64,000 bases of DNA from an uncultured Collinsella sp. (GTDB lineage Bacteria > Actinomycetota > Coriobacteriia > Coriobacteriales > Coriobacteriaceae), in assembly GCA_900548815.1 (NCBI GenBank), contig URLR01000002.1:22253-86252 (forward strand), written 5' to 3'. Numbering within the stretch: position 1 is the stretch's first letter; every line of letters starts with the position of its first letter. Shown here piece by piece: positions 9,482 through 19,589 of the stretch. The translations under genes were made by a program, and so were the position numbers. A model generated the notes under the pieces. That model was not told the origin of the DNA. It did not search any database and worked only from the letters and a program-made list of their open reading frames with translations.

Positions 9482-9705
9482 CCGTGTGCAAAAAATGCCA
9501 AATATGAGTACTGCTACCTTTTTGGTAGCAGCGTTTTCGAAGTCATAAAAGGCAAATCCGACATTAGAACGACGACTGATAGTCCAGTTAAGCCAATTTA
9601 GTTACTGCAAAACTGGACATATGTGGCCCAACTCATCTAAAAACGCCCAATTTATATGTTACGAAGTTAGTGCCCATACTCATATTTGCCACTTTTTGCA
9701 CACGG
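9482..9705. repeat. MITE-like segment with 29-bp terminal inverted repeats
   Basis: 9482-9510 CCGTGTGCAAAAAATGCCAAATATGAGTA matches the reverse complement of 9677-9705 at 27/29; AT-rich interior. Confidence 0.75.
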
Positions 9706-9818
9706 CCTATCCCAGCCATGGTAAATCGACAACAAAACGGGCTCCAGACCGCTGAATCGTGCCGCATATGGCACGTCCGCAGTCCGGAACCCGGTCCAAA
9801 TTGAGTTATTGCGTTGTG

Positions 9819-11102
9819 TTAGGCCAAAACGTCCGACAAAATCTCGATCAGGCTGTCCACGTCGGCTTCCTCGCAGACAAGCGGCGGCAGGAAACGCAGC
9901 GTGTGGGCACCAGTAGCGTTAATCACGGCGCCGGCGGCCAGCGCGCGGGCAACAATATCATGCGCATCGCCCGCAGCGTCATCCAGGTCGCAGCCGAGCA
10001 TCAGGCCGCGTCCACGAACCTCAACCACGTGCGGAAGCTTGGCGAGCTTTGCCTCCATATAAGCACCCACCTTGGCAGCATGCTCGCCATAATCGCCGCG
10101 CACGAGCGCGGAGAGCGTCGCGGCGCACGCCGCGACAGCCAAGCAGCTACCGCCAAAGGTCGAACCGTGATCACCGGGCTTAAACACGTCGGCGATCTCC
10201 TTCTTTGCCACCACGGCACCCATGGGCACGCCATCGGCAATGCCCTTGGCAAGGCTCATAATGTCGGGCTCCACGCCATAGATCTGGAATGCAAACGGCT
10301 TGCCGGAGCGGAAGATGCCACACTGGACCTCGTCGGCGATAAACACGGCGCCCACCTCGTGTGCCAGGTCGCGCGCTGCCGCCATAAACTCCTCGGTCAT
10401 GGGGTGCACACCGCTCTCGCCCTGGATCGGCTCGAGCATCACGGCACAAATTTCGCTCCCCAGCTGCTTAAAGATCGAACGCAGTTCGTCGACATCGTTG
10501 GGCCTGCAGGCCACAAAACCGCCCGGCAGCGGACGGAAGCTATTCTGCAGCCAATCCTGCATGGTGGCGGCAATGGTCTCGAGTGTACGGCCGTGGAAGC
10601 CGCCGCGCATGCATACGATGGTGTTGCCGCCGTTGCCGGCACGCTTGGCGTACAAACGTGCAAGCTTCATCGAGCCCTCGTTGGCTTCGGCACCGGAATT
10701 GGCAAAGAACGTCTCCCACACCTGCTCGCCCGCCGTCGGAGCGCCGAGCGCAGCTGCCGTGGTCTCGTCGCCGGCAGCAATGGCATCGGCAATCACGCGT
10801 GCACTGTCCACGTCGTCGTTAGCGAGCTTGGACAGCAGCGCCGCGACCTGGCCACGCTGCTCGATGTAGAAGTAGTTAGACACATGCAGAAGCTTTTTGG
10901 TCTGAGCCTCGAGCGCCGAGAGCACTGCAGGGTTGCCGTGGCCAAGGCTGCACACACCGATACCAGCGAGAAAGTCGAGATACTCACGACCATCGTCACC
11001 GATGAGCTTCATACCGTGACCTTCGACAAACTCTACCGGCGAGCGACCAAAGGTATGCATAACGTAATGGGATTCGAGCGATTGCTGAGTTGCAAGTGAC
11101 AT
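9819..11102 (-). CDS. argD: Acetylornithine aminotransferase
   Basis: DFLAGIGV, ANSGAEANE, FHGRT, EPIQGESG, DEVQCG, SLAKG; located in the arg operon. Confidence 0.93.
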   Translation of the reverse strand: MSLATQQSLESHYVMHTFGRSPVEFVEGHGMKLIGDDGREYLDFLAGIGVCSLGHGNPAVLSALEAQTKKLLHVSNYFYIEQRGQVAALLSKLANDDVDSARVIADAIAAGDETTAAALGAPTAGEQVWETFFANSGAEANEGSMKLARLYAKRAGNGGNTIVCMRGGFHGRTLETIAATMQDWLQNSFRPLPGGFVACRPNDVDELRSIFKQLGSEICAVMLEPIQGESGVHPMTEEFMAAARDLAHEVGAVFIADEVQCGIFRSGKPFAFQIYGVEPDIMSLAKGIADGVPMGAVVAKKEIADVFKPGDHGSTFGGSCLAVAACAATLSALVRGDYGEHAAKVGAYMEAKLAKLPHVVEVRGRGLMLGCDLDDAAGDAHDIVARALAAGAVINATGAHTLRFLPPLVCEEADVDSLIEILSDVLA

Positions 11103-11171
11103 GAGATGCCTTTCGTTGGGCGCCGTACGGCGCAGGGCTATGGGTGCAGGGACGCGACGACCACGGGTCGG

Positions 11172-12152
11172 CTAGACCGTCTGGAGCTTCTCGACCTCGT
11201 CGAGGTTCTCGGTCAGACGCGCCGCAAACGTCGAAAGCGGATGCGGATGCGTATCGAACTCGTAGGCCGTCTCGGTGGAGTGGATCACGGTACCGACGCC
11301 AGCATCGGTCAGCAGCTCCAGCAGCAGCGAGTGCGGCGTCGTGCCGTTGATGATGTGGGCTCGGAACACGCCAGCAGCAAGCGCATCGACGGCGGCGCGC
11401 AGCTTGGGAATCATGCCCTTGTCGACTTCTCCGCCGTAGAGCATCTCGTTGACCTCGTCGAGCGTCAGGTTGGAGATGAGCGAGTCCTTATCACTAAAGT
11501 CCTTGTACAGACCGTCGACGTCGGTCAAAAAAATCGCCTTGTGCGCATGAAGCGCCGCCGCAACGGCGCCGGCGGCGGTATCGGCATTGATGTTGAAGAA
11601 GCCGCCGTCCTCCCCCGCCGCGACGGTAGCGATGACGGGAATGTACTCGCTATCGAGCAAGCGCTCGATATAGTCGGTGTTGACGCGCGTCACTTTGCCC
11701 ACGCGACCGAGTTCGGGGTCGAGCGGCTCGGCGATGAGCGTGCCGGCATCGCTGCCCGACACGCCTACGGCCAAATTACCGTGGTGGTTGATGGCAGCGA
11801 CCAGCTCCTGGTTAACCTTGCCGCCCAGCACCTCGCGCACGATATCCATGGTCGCCGGCGTAGTCACGCGCTGCCCGTTCTTAAATTCGACAGGGATGTC
11901 ATAGTGGCTCAGCGCCTCGTTAATAGCCTTGCCGCCGCCATGCACGATGACGGGGCGCATGCCGATGATCTTGAGCAAAACGATGTCGCTCATCACGTCG
12001 CAGCGCAGTTGCTCATCGACCATGGCGGCTCCGCCATACTTGATAACGACCGTCTTGCCGGTCAGGTTTTTAATCCACGGCAGCGCTTCGAACAGCAGCT
12101 GCGCGGTTGCTTCGTTGGATTCGCTCGAACGACAGTCGCGTGCGAATTTCAT
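11172..12152 (-). CDS. argB: Acetylglutamate kinase
   Basis: VIKYGGAAM, VHGGG, NINADTAA, GMIPK; start at MKFARD. Confidence 0.94.
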   Translation of the reverse strand: MKFARDCRSSESNEATAQLLFEALPWIKNLTGKTVVIKYGGAAMVDEQLRCDVMSDIVLLKIIGMRPVIVHGGGKAINEALSHYDIPVEFKNGQRVTTPATMDIVREVLGGKVNQELVAAINHHGNLAVGVSGSDAGTLIAEPLDPELGRVGKVTRVNTDYIERLLDSEYIPVIATVAAGEDGGFFNINADTAAGAVAAALHAHKAIFLTDVDGLYKDFSDKDSLISNLTLDEVNEMLYGGEVDKGMIPKLRAAVDALAAGVFRAHIINGTTPHSLLLELLTDAGVGTVIHSTETAYEFDTHPHPLSTFAARLTENLDEVEKLQTV

Positions 12153-12232
12153 AATCTGCCTCGTCTTTCGTATCGTTATCACGCCGTGCTTCGCTGTCCG
12201 CAATGCGGCAAGATGCGCAGCGTGTCGGGAAT

Positions 12233-13501
12233 CTAGGAACGGTAGTCGCCGTTGATGGAGATGTACTCGTGCGTGAGGTCGCAGGTCCACACGGTCGTTG
12301 CCGCGTCGCCTGCACCCAGGTCGGCCGAGATCACGATCTCGGGCGCCTCAAAACGTCGCAGAGCCTCGTCCTCGTCAAAGGGAACAGTCAGACCGTCGCG
12401 GCAGACAGGCATGTCCATCATGTCGATGGAAACGTCTTCCTGATTAAACTTCACGCCGCACTTGCCGAGCGCCATGGCAACGCGGCCCCAGTTGCAATCG
12501 TGGCCGGCGATGCAGGTCTTGACGAGCGGCGAGTTGGCGACGGCACGGGCGGCGATATCGGCTTCCTCGTCGTTGGCGGCGCCGGTGACGTTAACCGTCA
12601 CGAGCTTTGACGCACCCTCGCCATCGGCCGCGATGTTGCGCGCCAGGCTCTCGCACACCTCGTGCACGGCAAAGGACAGTTCGTCAAAGGCATCAGTGCC
12701 CTCGACGATAGCCTCGGTATCAGCGGCAGCAGCGCCAGAAGCAAGCATGATGCAGGTGTCGTTGGTCGAGGTATCGGAATCGACCGTCACCTTATTGAAG
12801 GTCTGCTTAACGGTCGAGAGCAACAGGGCGTGGAGCGCCGCCGGCTCGACGGGGGCATCGGTAGTAATGACCGCGATCATGGTGGCCATATTGGGCATGA
12901 TCATGCCCGAGCCCTTGCACATGCCGCCCACCGTATAGACATTGCCCGCATGACCCGCAGCCTCGCTGACATAGGACACGGCGTACTCCTTGGAGTGCGT
13001 GTCAGTCGTCATGATGGCGCGAGCGGCATCGGCGCCACCGTGGGCGGAGAGCGCCTCGTAGGCAGCAGGAATGGCGGTCTCAAACGTGTCGATCGGCAGA
13101 ATCTGGCCAATCACGCCCGTGGAGGCAACCAGAATCTGCCGGGGCTCGCAGCCGATGACCTGCGATGCGATGCTGCACGTCTCGCGCGCGCATGCAAGGC
13201 CGGTCTCACCCGTGGCGGCGTTGGCATTGCCAGAGTTGACCGAAACGCCGGCGATGATACCGTAACCCTTGTCGGCACCGCCCAGGTTGGCACGGCTCAC
13301 TTGCACGGGCGCCGCGCAAAAGCGATTGGTAGTAAACACGCCGGCACCGGGACAGGGTTTATCGGGCACGACGAGCGCGTAATCCAGACGCTCGGGGTTC
13401 TTGCGGAACCCAGCGTGGATGCCCGCAGCTTTAAAACCAGCCGCAGCCGTAACGCCACCCTCGACGGCGCGAATCTTGATATCAAACAGCTCGGTATTCA
13501 T
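12233..13501 (-). CDS. argJ: Ornithine acetyltransferase
   Basis: NSGNANAATG, STGVIG, KGSGMIMPNMATM, DSDTSTND, DGEGASK, INGDYRS. Confidence 0.96.
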   Translation of the reverse strand: MNTELFDIKIRAVEGGVTAAAGFKAAGIHAGFRKNPERLDYALVVPDKPCPGAGVFTTNRFCAAPVQVSRANLGGADKGYGIIAGVSVNSGNANAATGETGLACARETCSIASQVIGCEPRQILVASTGVIGQILPIDTFETAIPAAYEALSAHGGADAARAIMTTDTHSKEYAVSYVSEAAGHAGNVYTVGGMCKGSGMIMPNMATMIAVITTDAPVEPAALHALLLSTVKQTFNKVTVDSDTSTNDTCIMLASGAAAADTEAIVEGTDAFDELSFAVHEVCESLARNIAADGEGASKLVTVNVTGAANDEEADIAARAVANSPLVKTCIAGHDCNWGRVAMALGKCGVKFNQEDVSIDMMDMPVCRDGLTVPFDEDEALRRFEAPEIVISADLGAGDAATTVWTCDLTHEYISINGDYRS

Positions 13502-13635
13502 CGTCTTTATGACTCCTTATGTCAAACAAAAAACGGACATCGGTTGGTGCGCCATGCCAGTCGTGATCATGAGACCAGCTTAAGAGTGGCGCCCCACTCG
13601 ATGCCCGACTACCAAATCGTTAACAATCGAATGTG

Positions 13636-14706
13636 CTACACCGGGCACGCCACTGTGGGCAAGCCTCGTCGCTCGTCAAAGCCAAAGACGATATTGGCGC
13701 ACTGGACCGCTTGGCCCGCAGCGCCCTTGCACAGATTGTCGATGGCGCCCGTCGCCACCAGCACGCCCGCGCGTTTGTTGAACGCAAGGCCAATCTGGGC
13801 GGCGTTGGTGCCGACGACCGAAGCCGTCTTGGGCTGCTGGCCGGCATCGAGCACGCGCACAAAGGTGCGTCCAGCGTAGAACTGCTTGTAATAGTCGACG
13901 ACATCCTCAAGAGCCAGGGAGTCGATGGCCTGCGGCGTGAGCGGCAGCGTCACCGTGGAGAGCAGGCCGCGCTTGAGCGGTGCCAGATGCGGGGTGAAGA
14001 CGACGCGATCGGTCAGGCCAAGGATTTGCTCAATCTCGGGCGTGTGGCGATGCTTGTCCACGCCGTAGGCCTCCAAGTTCTCGTCAGCGCTGCAAAAATG
14101 CGTACGAGCATTGCAGGACTTGCCGGCACCCGTCACACCGCTGATGGCATCAACGATCACGGGGCCGCTCTGGGCAACCCAGCCAGCGCGCACGGCGGGC
14201 GCGGCGGCAAGGCTCGTTGCGGTGGGATAGCAACCGGCGCAGGCGACCAGCACGGGTTTGCCGTCGGCATGGTCGGATGCGGCGGTCTCCAAGTCCCGGC
14301 AGAATAGCTCGGGCAGGCCAAAGGCACGGGTCTTGAGCAGCTCGGGGCTCGTATGCTCGGCGGCATACCACGTCTCAAAGACGGACGCGTCGTTCAGGCG
14401 GTAGTCGGCCGAAAGATCAAAGCAGGAGACGCCCGATGCAAGCAGCGCGGGCACCTGTGCCATGGCAGCCGTGTGCGGCACGGCAAGAAAAACCGCATCG
14501 CAGCTCTTAAGCTCGGGGGCATCGTGCGTGGTAAAAAGCAGATCGCTCACGCCAGCAAAGCTCGGATATACCGCGGACAGCGGCTGGCCGGCATCGGCGT
14601 TGGACGTAATGGCGACAAGTTCAAACTCGGGATGGCCGAGCACGAGGCGAATGAGCTCGGCTCCGGCATATCCAGCCGCGCCGACGATTCCAACCTTCAA
14701 TGACAT
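13636..14706 (-). CDS. argC: N-acetyl-gamma-glutamyl-phosphate reductase
   Basis: GAAGYAG, DLSADYR, GCYPT, SGVTGAG, HRHTPEI, IDNLCKGAAGQA. Confidence 0.96.
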   Translation of the reverse strand: MSLKVGIVGAAGYAGAELIRLVLGHPEFELVAITSNADAGQPLSAVYPSFAGVSDLLFTTHDAPELKSCDAVFLAVPHTAAMAQVPALLASGVSCFDLSADYRLNDASVFETWYAAEHTSPELLKTRAFGLPELFCRDLETAASDHADGKPVLVACAGCYPTATSLAAAPAVRAGWVAQSGPVIVDAISGVTGAGKSCNARTHFCSADENLEAYGVDKHRHTPEIEQILGLTDRVVFTPHLAPLKRGLLSTVTLPLTPQAIDSLALEDVVDYYKQFYAGRTFVRVLDAGQQPKTASVVGTNAAQIGLAFNKRAGVLVATGAIDNLCKGAAGQAVQCANIVFGFDERRGLPTVACPV

Positions 14707-14790
14707 ATCAGACTCCTTGTCTGCGATTTATGCACCGATGCGCATTTCGCAGTGCTCGTTATGAAGTGGGTTGAAACTTTAGCACCAAAA

Positions 14791-14829
14791 GATGCATGAA
14801 CACGTAAATGGCTTGCATATTCATGCATT
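14791..14829. promoter_or_regulatory. Tandem ARG boxes (ArgR operator) upstream of argC
   Basis: TGCATGAACACGTA (14793) and TGCATATTCATGCA (14814) start 21 bp apart, matching the 18+3 tandem ARG-box layout. Confidence 0.75.
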
Positions 14830-14872
14830 GAAACAATCCCGACACATTCGCTTGAAGGAATTGACAAATGGA

Positions 14873-14926
14873 GCGGGCCCCGTATTGACCGGCGCTCCTA
14901 ACGGCACCGGGCAATACGGGGCCCGC
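14873..14926. terminator. GC-rich hairpin downstream of the PNPOx-like genes
   Basis: GCGGGCCCCGTATTG...CAATACGGGGCCCGC perfect 15-bp arms. Confidence 0.6.
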
Positions 14927-14963
14927 CCATGCGAAAACCAAGTTGTTAGGATGAGCCAGCCGG

Positions 14964-15374
14964 CTAGAGCTCGACCGGCACCCATTCGTCGTGATTGCAG
15001 ATAAAAGCCTCGGGATCCTCGACGCTAAAGAAGACGAGCGTGGGGTCGTTAGGCCCCTCATAGTGCTCGCCCAGGTGCTCTAGATGCTTCCACCCGGCTT
15101 CGCGCATTTCGTCTAAAGCCCGGTCATCCAAGCCGGCACGCCCGCGCAAGATGAGCCAGCCATGGCCCGGCCACCAACTCGTGGCCTCAAAGCGCTGGTT
15201 TTGCAGTAGCTCTTGCCACACATCTTTGGTGCGCGCTGTTACAAACCACAGCTTGCCATCCTGGATCTGCGCAAACGAAAACGGACGCACATGAGGCTGT
15301 CCGTCAACGCTCGTCGCCAAATACCATGCCGGCACCGACGTCAGATACTCCAACACCGTATTCAATCCGTCCAC
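14964..15374 (-). CDS. Pyridoxamine 5'-phosphate oxidase-like (split-barrel flavin-binding) protein
   Basis: WYLATSVDGQPHVRPFS...LWFVTARTKDVWQELLQN. Confidence 0.85.
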   Translation of the reverse strand: MDGLNTVLEYLTSVPAWYLATSVDGQPHVRPFSFAQIQDGKLWFVTARTKDVWQELLQNQRFEATSWWPGHGWLILRGRAGLDDRALDEMREAGWKHLEHLGEHYEGPNDPTLVFFSVEDPEAFICNHDEWVPVEL

Positions 15375-15418
15375 GTTTCCTCCTGTACTAGTTAGTTTGG
15401 GAACCTGGTTTGTGCGAG

Positions 15419-15865
15419 CTAGAGCTCCAGGCGCTCCTCGCTGCCGTCGATATCACAGAAGCGCGCGGCAATATTGCGGACCGAAAAGAAAGCAAGGCGG
15501 CCGTCGTTGGCACTCTCGTGTTCCTCGCCAATGCCCACCATGTGCTTAAAGCCCGCTTGACGCACCTTGTCGCTCGCAACTGCGTCGTCCTCAAGTGCGG
15601 CTTCGCCGGTCAATACGATCCAACATTCCCCCGGCTTCCAGCCCGATACCTCAAACTTGGGATTCGCACTCAGCTCCGCCCACACGTCCTTGTCGCGCGA
15701 CGTGCAAAACCACAACTTACCGTCATCGACCATGGCAAACGAAAACGGCCTCACGCGAGGCTGATGCCCGTCACTTGCATCGGTCGTGGCCAGATACCAC
15801 GCCGGAATGCGCCTGAGATACGAACAGGCGCGCTCAAGCTGAGCCGTGCGGTCGTTGTCGGTCAT
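15419..15865 (-). CDS. Pyridoxamine 5'-phosphate oxidase-like protein (paralog of the neighbour)
   Basis: WYLATT..QPRVRPFS..LWFCTSRDKDVWAELSANP. Confidence 0.85.
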   Translation of the reverse strand: MTDNDRTAQLERACSYLRRIPAWYLATTDASDGHQPRVRPFSFAMVDDGKLWFCTSRDKDVWAELSANPKFEVSGWKPGECWIVLTGEAALEDDAVASDKVRQAGFKHMVGIGEEHESANDGRLAFFSVRNIAARFCDIDGSEERLEL

Positions 15866-15895
15866 AGGGACCCCTTTCTTGCGCCCGAATCGCGC

Positions 15896-16696
15896 CTAAA
15901 CAAGTTGAAGATTGATAACGATGACGCAGATGAGCAGCAACGCCGTCACCACCGCCGCCAACGCATCGCCGCGGCCAAATGCAAGCGCATGCAGGCGCGT
16001 GCGGCCCTGCTCGCCGTGATAGCAGCGTGCATCCATGGCGGCCGAAAGCGTCTCGGCATGACGGAACACGCCCGTGAACAGCGGAATCGCCACACTGCCG
16101 AGCATACGCACGCCGCCGAGCGGACCGCCCGTCACGCGCGCGCCGCGGCTTGCCTGTGCATCGGCCGTCTGCTTCATCTCAGTGGCAAACTGCGGCATAA
16201 AGCGTAGCGCGATACCCATGATCATGCCGAGCTCGTGCGCAGGAAGTCCCACACGCGCAAACGGCGCGAGCAGGCGCTCAAAGCCCGCGGTGAGGTCGAG
16301 CGTCGGCGTGGTGAGTGTAATGGCGCTCATACCGGCCATCATCAACGTCAGGCGGCACGCCATAAAGGCGGCAGAACGCAGTGAGCCCTCGCTTATCTGC
16401 AGAAAGCCGAGCTGCCACAGGATGCGCCCACTCTGATCGGTAAACAAGTTGAGCACCGCGACCACGACGACGATTGCCAGCAGCGGCGCCATCGACGACA
16501 GAACGCGACGAACCGGCACCCGAGACACGGCATAGGTCAGCACAACGAAAATTGCGACCGGGGCCAGTCCGCGGAAGCCACTGACCGTGAGCGTCGTGAT
16601 CAGAAACACAAAGCCCAAGAGCAACTTGGTTCGCGGGTCCAGGCGGTGGATTGCACTATCGCCGGGATAGTAACTGCCAAACGAAAACGCCTCCAT
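15896..16696 (-). CDS. ecfT: ECF transporter transmembrane T component
   Basis: HRLDPRTK, ALRFMP, AQASRG, AMDARCY. Confidence 0.93.
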   Translation of the reverse strand: MEAFSFGSYYPGDSAIHRLDPRTKLLLGFVFLITTLTVSGFRGLAPVAIFVVLTYAVSRVPVRRVLSSMAPLLAIVVVVAVLNLFTDQSGRILWQLGFLQISEGSLRSAAFMACRLTLMMAGMSAITLTTPTLDLTAGFERLLAPFARVGLPAHELGMIMGIALRFMPQFATEMKQTADAQASRGARVTGGPLGGVRMLGSVAIPLFTGVFRHAETLSAAMDARCYHGEQGRTRLHALAFGRGDALAAVVTALLLICVIVINLQLV

Positions 16697-18600
16697 CAGC
16701 AGCCCTCCTCTCGCGCGACCGTCTTGGAATTAGCAATGTCCGCGACGTTAGAAGGACCGCCCGAGCGACCGATTAGCAGGTCTACCAACTCGTCTGCCAG
16801 CGACTCAACCGTATAGAGGCCGTCAAAGCGCAGCGGCACGCCTGCCTTCGCAAGCGCCAGCGCCATGCGCTGGGCAGCGGGAACACCCAAGCCGATTGAT
16901 TTAAGCTCATCCGCATGCGCAAAAACCTGAGCGGGCGTGCCCTCGGCAAACACCGCGCCCTCGTTCATCACGACGATGCGGTCGCAGCAATTGGCCAGGT
17001 CATCCATGCTGTGCGAAACCATGACAACGGTCAGGCCCTCGCGATGGAGTCGATCGATGAGCCCTAAGAAATCCCTGCGCGCAGCCGGGTCGAGCCCCGC
17101 CATGGGTTCATCGAGCACCAGCACCTCAGGTTCCATGGCGAGCACGCCGGCGAATGCCACGCGCCGTTGCTGACCGCCCGAAAGCTCAAAGGGACTCTTG
17201 TCGCCGACCGTGGAAAGGTCGAGGCCCACGCGCGAGAGCGATGACTCGACACGACGGTCGACTTCATCTTGCGGCAAGCCAAGGTTATGCGGACCAAACG
17301 CCACGTCCTGCGCCACGGTTTCGGCAAACAGCTGACGCTCAGGATATTGAAACACCACGCCGACCTTGGCCTTAACCGCGGCGGCGTCTTTCTTGTTTGA
17401 CAGATCGAGCCCCAGCGCGCGAACGGATCCCTCCTGGGGGCGAATCAAACCGTTGAGATGCTGGACCAGCGTCGACTTACCCGAACCGGTATGACCTGCC
17501 AAGCCCAGGAACTCGCCGCGACGCACCGTCAGCGATACATCGCGCAGCGCCCACGGGCTGCTGGGGTCGTTTCCCCAGAGAGCCTGTTTGTTCGATTTGT
17601 CCGCAGTGGCCGAGCGCTTGTGCCAGCGGTGGCGCTCGCGCGGACTGAGCGAATAACTGTACGAAACATGGGATAGTTCGATGACGGGCTCCGACGCGTT
17701 GTCCTCGTTGTCTACCGGAACAGTGCCGTCAGCGATTTCCAACTGGGATGCGGAAGACTGTCCCGCGGTGTCTGCCCCACTTCGCTCGGCATAAGCCTGC
17801 GCAATCTCAGCGACCATATCCACCTCGCGCACCTGCGCATGAACAGGCACGCCCTTCGTACGAAGCGCCATGCCCAGACGACACGACTCCGGCATATCCA
17901 GGTTGAGCTGCGCAAGCTCATCCGCCCGCGTCAAAATTTCCTCGGGCGTACCGAGCATGGCAACGTGCCCCGCCCGAAACACCGCGACACGATCGGCCTC
18001 GGCGGCTTCTTCCATAAAGTGCGTAATCATCACGATGGTCATACCGCGAGCGTGCAACGCGCGGCAAGCCTTCATGAGGCCCTTACGTCCACGCGGATCG
18101 AGCATCGAGGAAGCCTCGTCCAAAATGAGAACGCGCGGTTCCATGGCAAGCACGCCGGCAAGCGCCACGCGTTGCTTTTGGCCACCCGAAAGCGCATGGG
18201 TCTCGTGGCGCTCAAAGCCCACCAGGCCCACGCCCTTCAGCGCCTCACGTACGCGCTGCGCAATTTGCGCCGATGGCACGCCAAGGTTTTCGGGACCAAA
18301 CGCAACGTCATCTTCGACAAGCGTTGCCACCAGCTGATCATCGGGATTCTGGAACACCATGCCCGCGGTCGAACGAATGTCGTAGACCAGCTCGGGGTCG
18401 GACGCATCCATGCCGTTGATGCGTACCGTGCCCACATCGGGCTGCAACAGTGCATTCAGATGCTTGGCAAACGTCGACTTGCCCGACCCATTGCCACCGA
18501 GGATGCAGAAATACTCGCCGTCCTCGATATTCAGATCGACGCCGTCGAGCGCCGGTACGGCACCGTCATAGCTAAAGGAAACGCCCCGACACTCAATCAT
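16696..18600 (-). CDS. ECF transporter fused double ATPase (A-A')
   Basis: Two ABC domains: GGNGSGKST/LSGGQKQ and GHTGSGKST/LSGGQQR, with FQNPDDQ and FQYPERQ. Confidence 0.93.
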   Translation of the reverse strand: MIECRGVSFSYDGAVPALDGVDLNIEDGEYFCILGGNGSGKSTFAKHLNALLQPDVGTVRINGMDASDPELVYDIRSTAGMVFQNPDDQLVATLVEDDVAFGPENLGVPSAQIAQRVREALKGVGLVGFERHETHALSGGQKQRVALAGVLAMEPRVLILDEASSMLDPRGRKGLMKACRALHARGMTIVMITHFMEEAAEADRVAVFRAGHVAMLGTPEEILTRADELAQLNLDMPESCRLGMALRTKGVPVHAQVREVDMVAEIAQAYAERSGADTAGQSSASQLEIADGTVPVDNEDNASEPVIELSHVSYSYSLSPRERHRWHKRSATADKSNKQALWGNDPSSPWALRDVSLTVRRGEFLGLAGHTGSGKSTLVQHLNGLIRPQEGSVRALGLDLSNKKDAAAVKAKVGVVFQYPERQLFAETVAQDVAFGPHNLGLPQDEVDRRVESSLSRVGLDLSTVGDKSPFELSGGQQRRVAFAGVLAMEPEVLVLDEPMAGLDPAARRDFLGLIDRLHREGLTVVMVSHSMDDLANCCDRIVVMNEGAVFAEGTPAQVFAHADELKSIGLGVPAAQRMALALAKAGVPLRFDGLYTVESLADELVDLLIGRSGGPSNVADIANSKTVAREEGC

Positions 18601-19187
18601 GCGCGGCCTTTGACCTGGTCCTTTTTAGGCGTGATGAGGTTGGAGACCGCTTTATACACCGCCAGTGTCAACACCGAGTTAAGCACGGTCTTGATAAGGT
18701 TGAACGGCAGCACGGCAGGAATCATGAGCGGGGCGATCACATCGACCGAGCCATACCAGAACCATACGCCAATGGTAAGGTTTGCGACCATAGACAACGC
18801 CGTAGCGGCAATAACGCCGAGCACCAGGCCAATCACGGCACCCTTATAGGTATGCATCTTCTGATAGACGATAGCCGCAGGCAGAATGTAGCCCAGCGTG
18901 GCAACCAGGTTCATAAGCGCGCCGACCCAGTCACCCGTGGTGAGCGCATGGATAACGATCGCCATGGCGGCAACGGCAGTGCCGGCACCAGGGCCGTACG
19001 CAAACCCGCACACCATCGCCGGCACCAGCGACGGGTCATACGTCAAAAACGGCGCCGAGGGAAGGATGGGTAGCTGCACATACATAAACAACGCGCTCAA
19101 GGCACACATCAACGCCATGGTAACGAGCTGTTTGGTGCTCCACCTATTCGTGTTCTCAAAATGGATATGCTGCGACTGTTCAGACAT
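18597..19187 (-). CDS. ribU: ECF S component, probably riboflavin-binding (RibU)
   Basis: PFLTYDPSLVP..GFAYGP and VLPFNLIK motifs; directly downstream of an FMN riboswitch. Confidence 0.8.
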   Translation of the reverse strand: MSEQSQHIHFENTNRWSTKQLVTMALMCALSALFMYVQLPILPSAPFLTYDPSLVPAMVCGFAYGPGAGTAVAAMAIVIHALTTGDWVGALMNLVATLGYILPAAIVYQKMHTYKGAVIGLVLGVIAATALSMVANLTIGVWFWYGSVDVIAPLMIPAVLPFNLIKTVLNSVLTLAVYKAVSNLITPKKDQVKGRA

Positions 19188-19198
19188 AAGATCACCTG

Positions 19199-19382
19199 CC
19201 TCTTTCATCCGGACTCTAACCGTTGGTACTGGGATCTCACCAGTTCAGCCGACATGCGAACCAACACACGCACGGGTCGCGGACTCATCGGCTCGGTCGC
19301 AGACACCTCGCCTGCGCCACGGTGCCCCTTTGACACCGCCCGATTTACCGCCAGTGGGGAATTCCACCCCGCCCTGAAACAG
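19199..19382 (-). ncRNA. FMN riboswitch (RFN element)
   Basis: Minus strand TTCAGGGCGGGGTGGAATTCCCCACTGGCGGTA...AGTCCGCGA...CTGGTGAGATCCCAGTACCAACGGTTAGAGTCCGGATGAAAGAG. Confidence 0.93.
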
Positions 19383-19589
19383 CAATTGCAAGTGTAGCAC
19401 GAGCAATCGTTCGCGCAAGTATGCCGAGGGTAATTTATGGTGGGGATCAGCTGCCGCAACAACCACGTTCCCCACCCATCCCAAAGTAACGCGCTTTTCG
19501 CGGCAAAGCCGCGAAACAGCGAAAGGGACACGTATCCCCATCAACCACATTCTCCGCCCACGCCGACCTCAAGGCCGTAAACGCAGGGG

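Noticed and set aside
19430..19550. Possible further palindromic element upstream of the FMN riboswitch
   Set aside because: Only one short hairpin (TTTCGCGGC-AAA-GCCGCGAAA) and weak flanking complementarity; not enough support.
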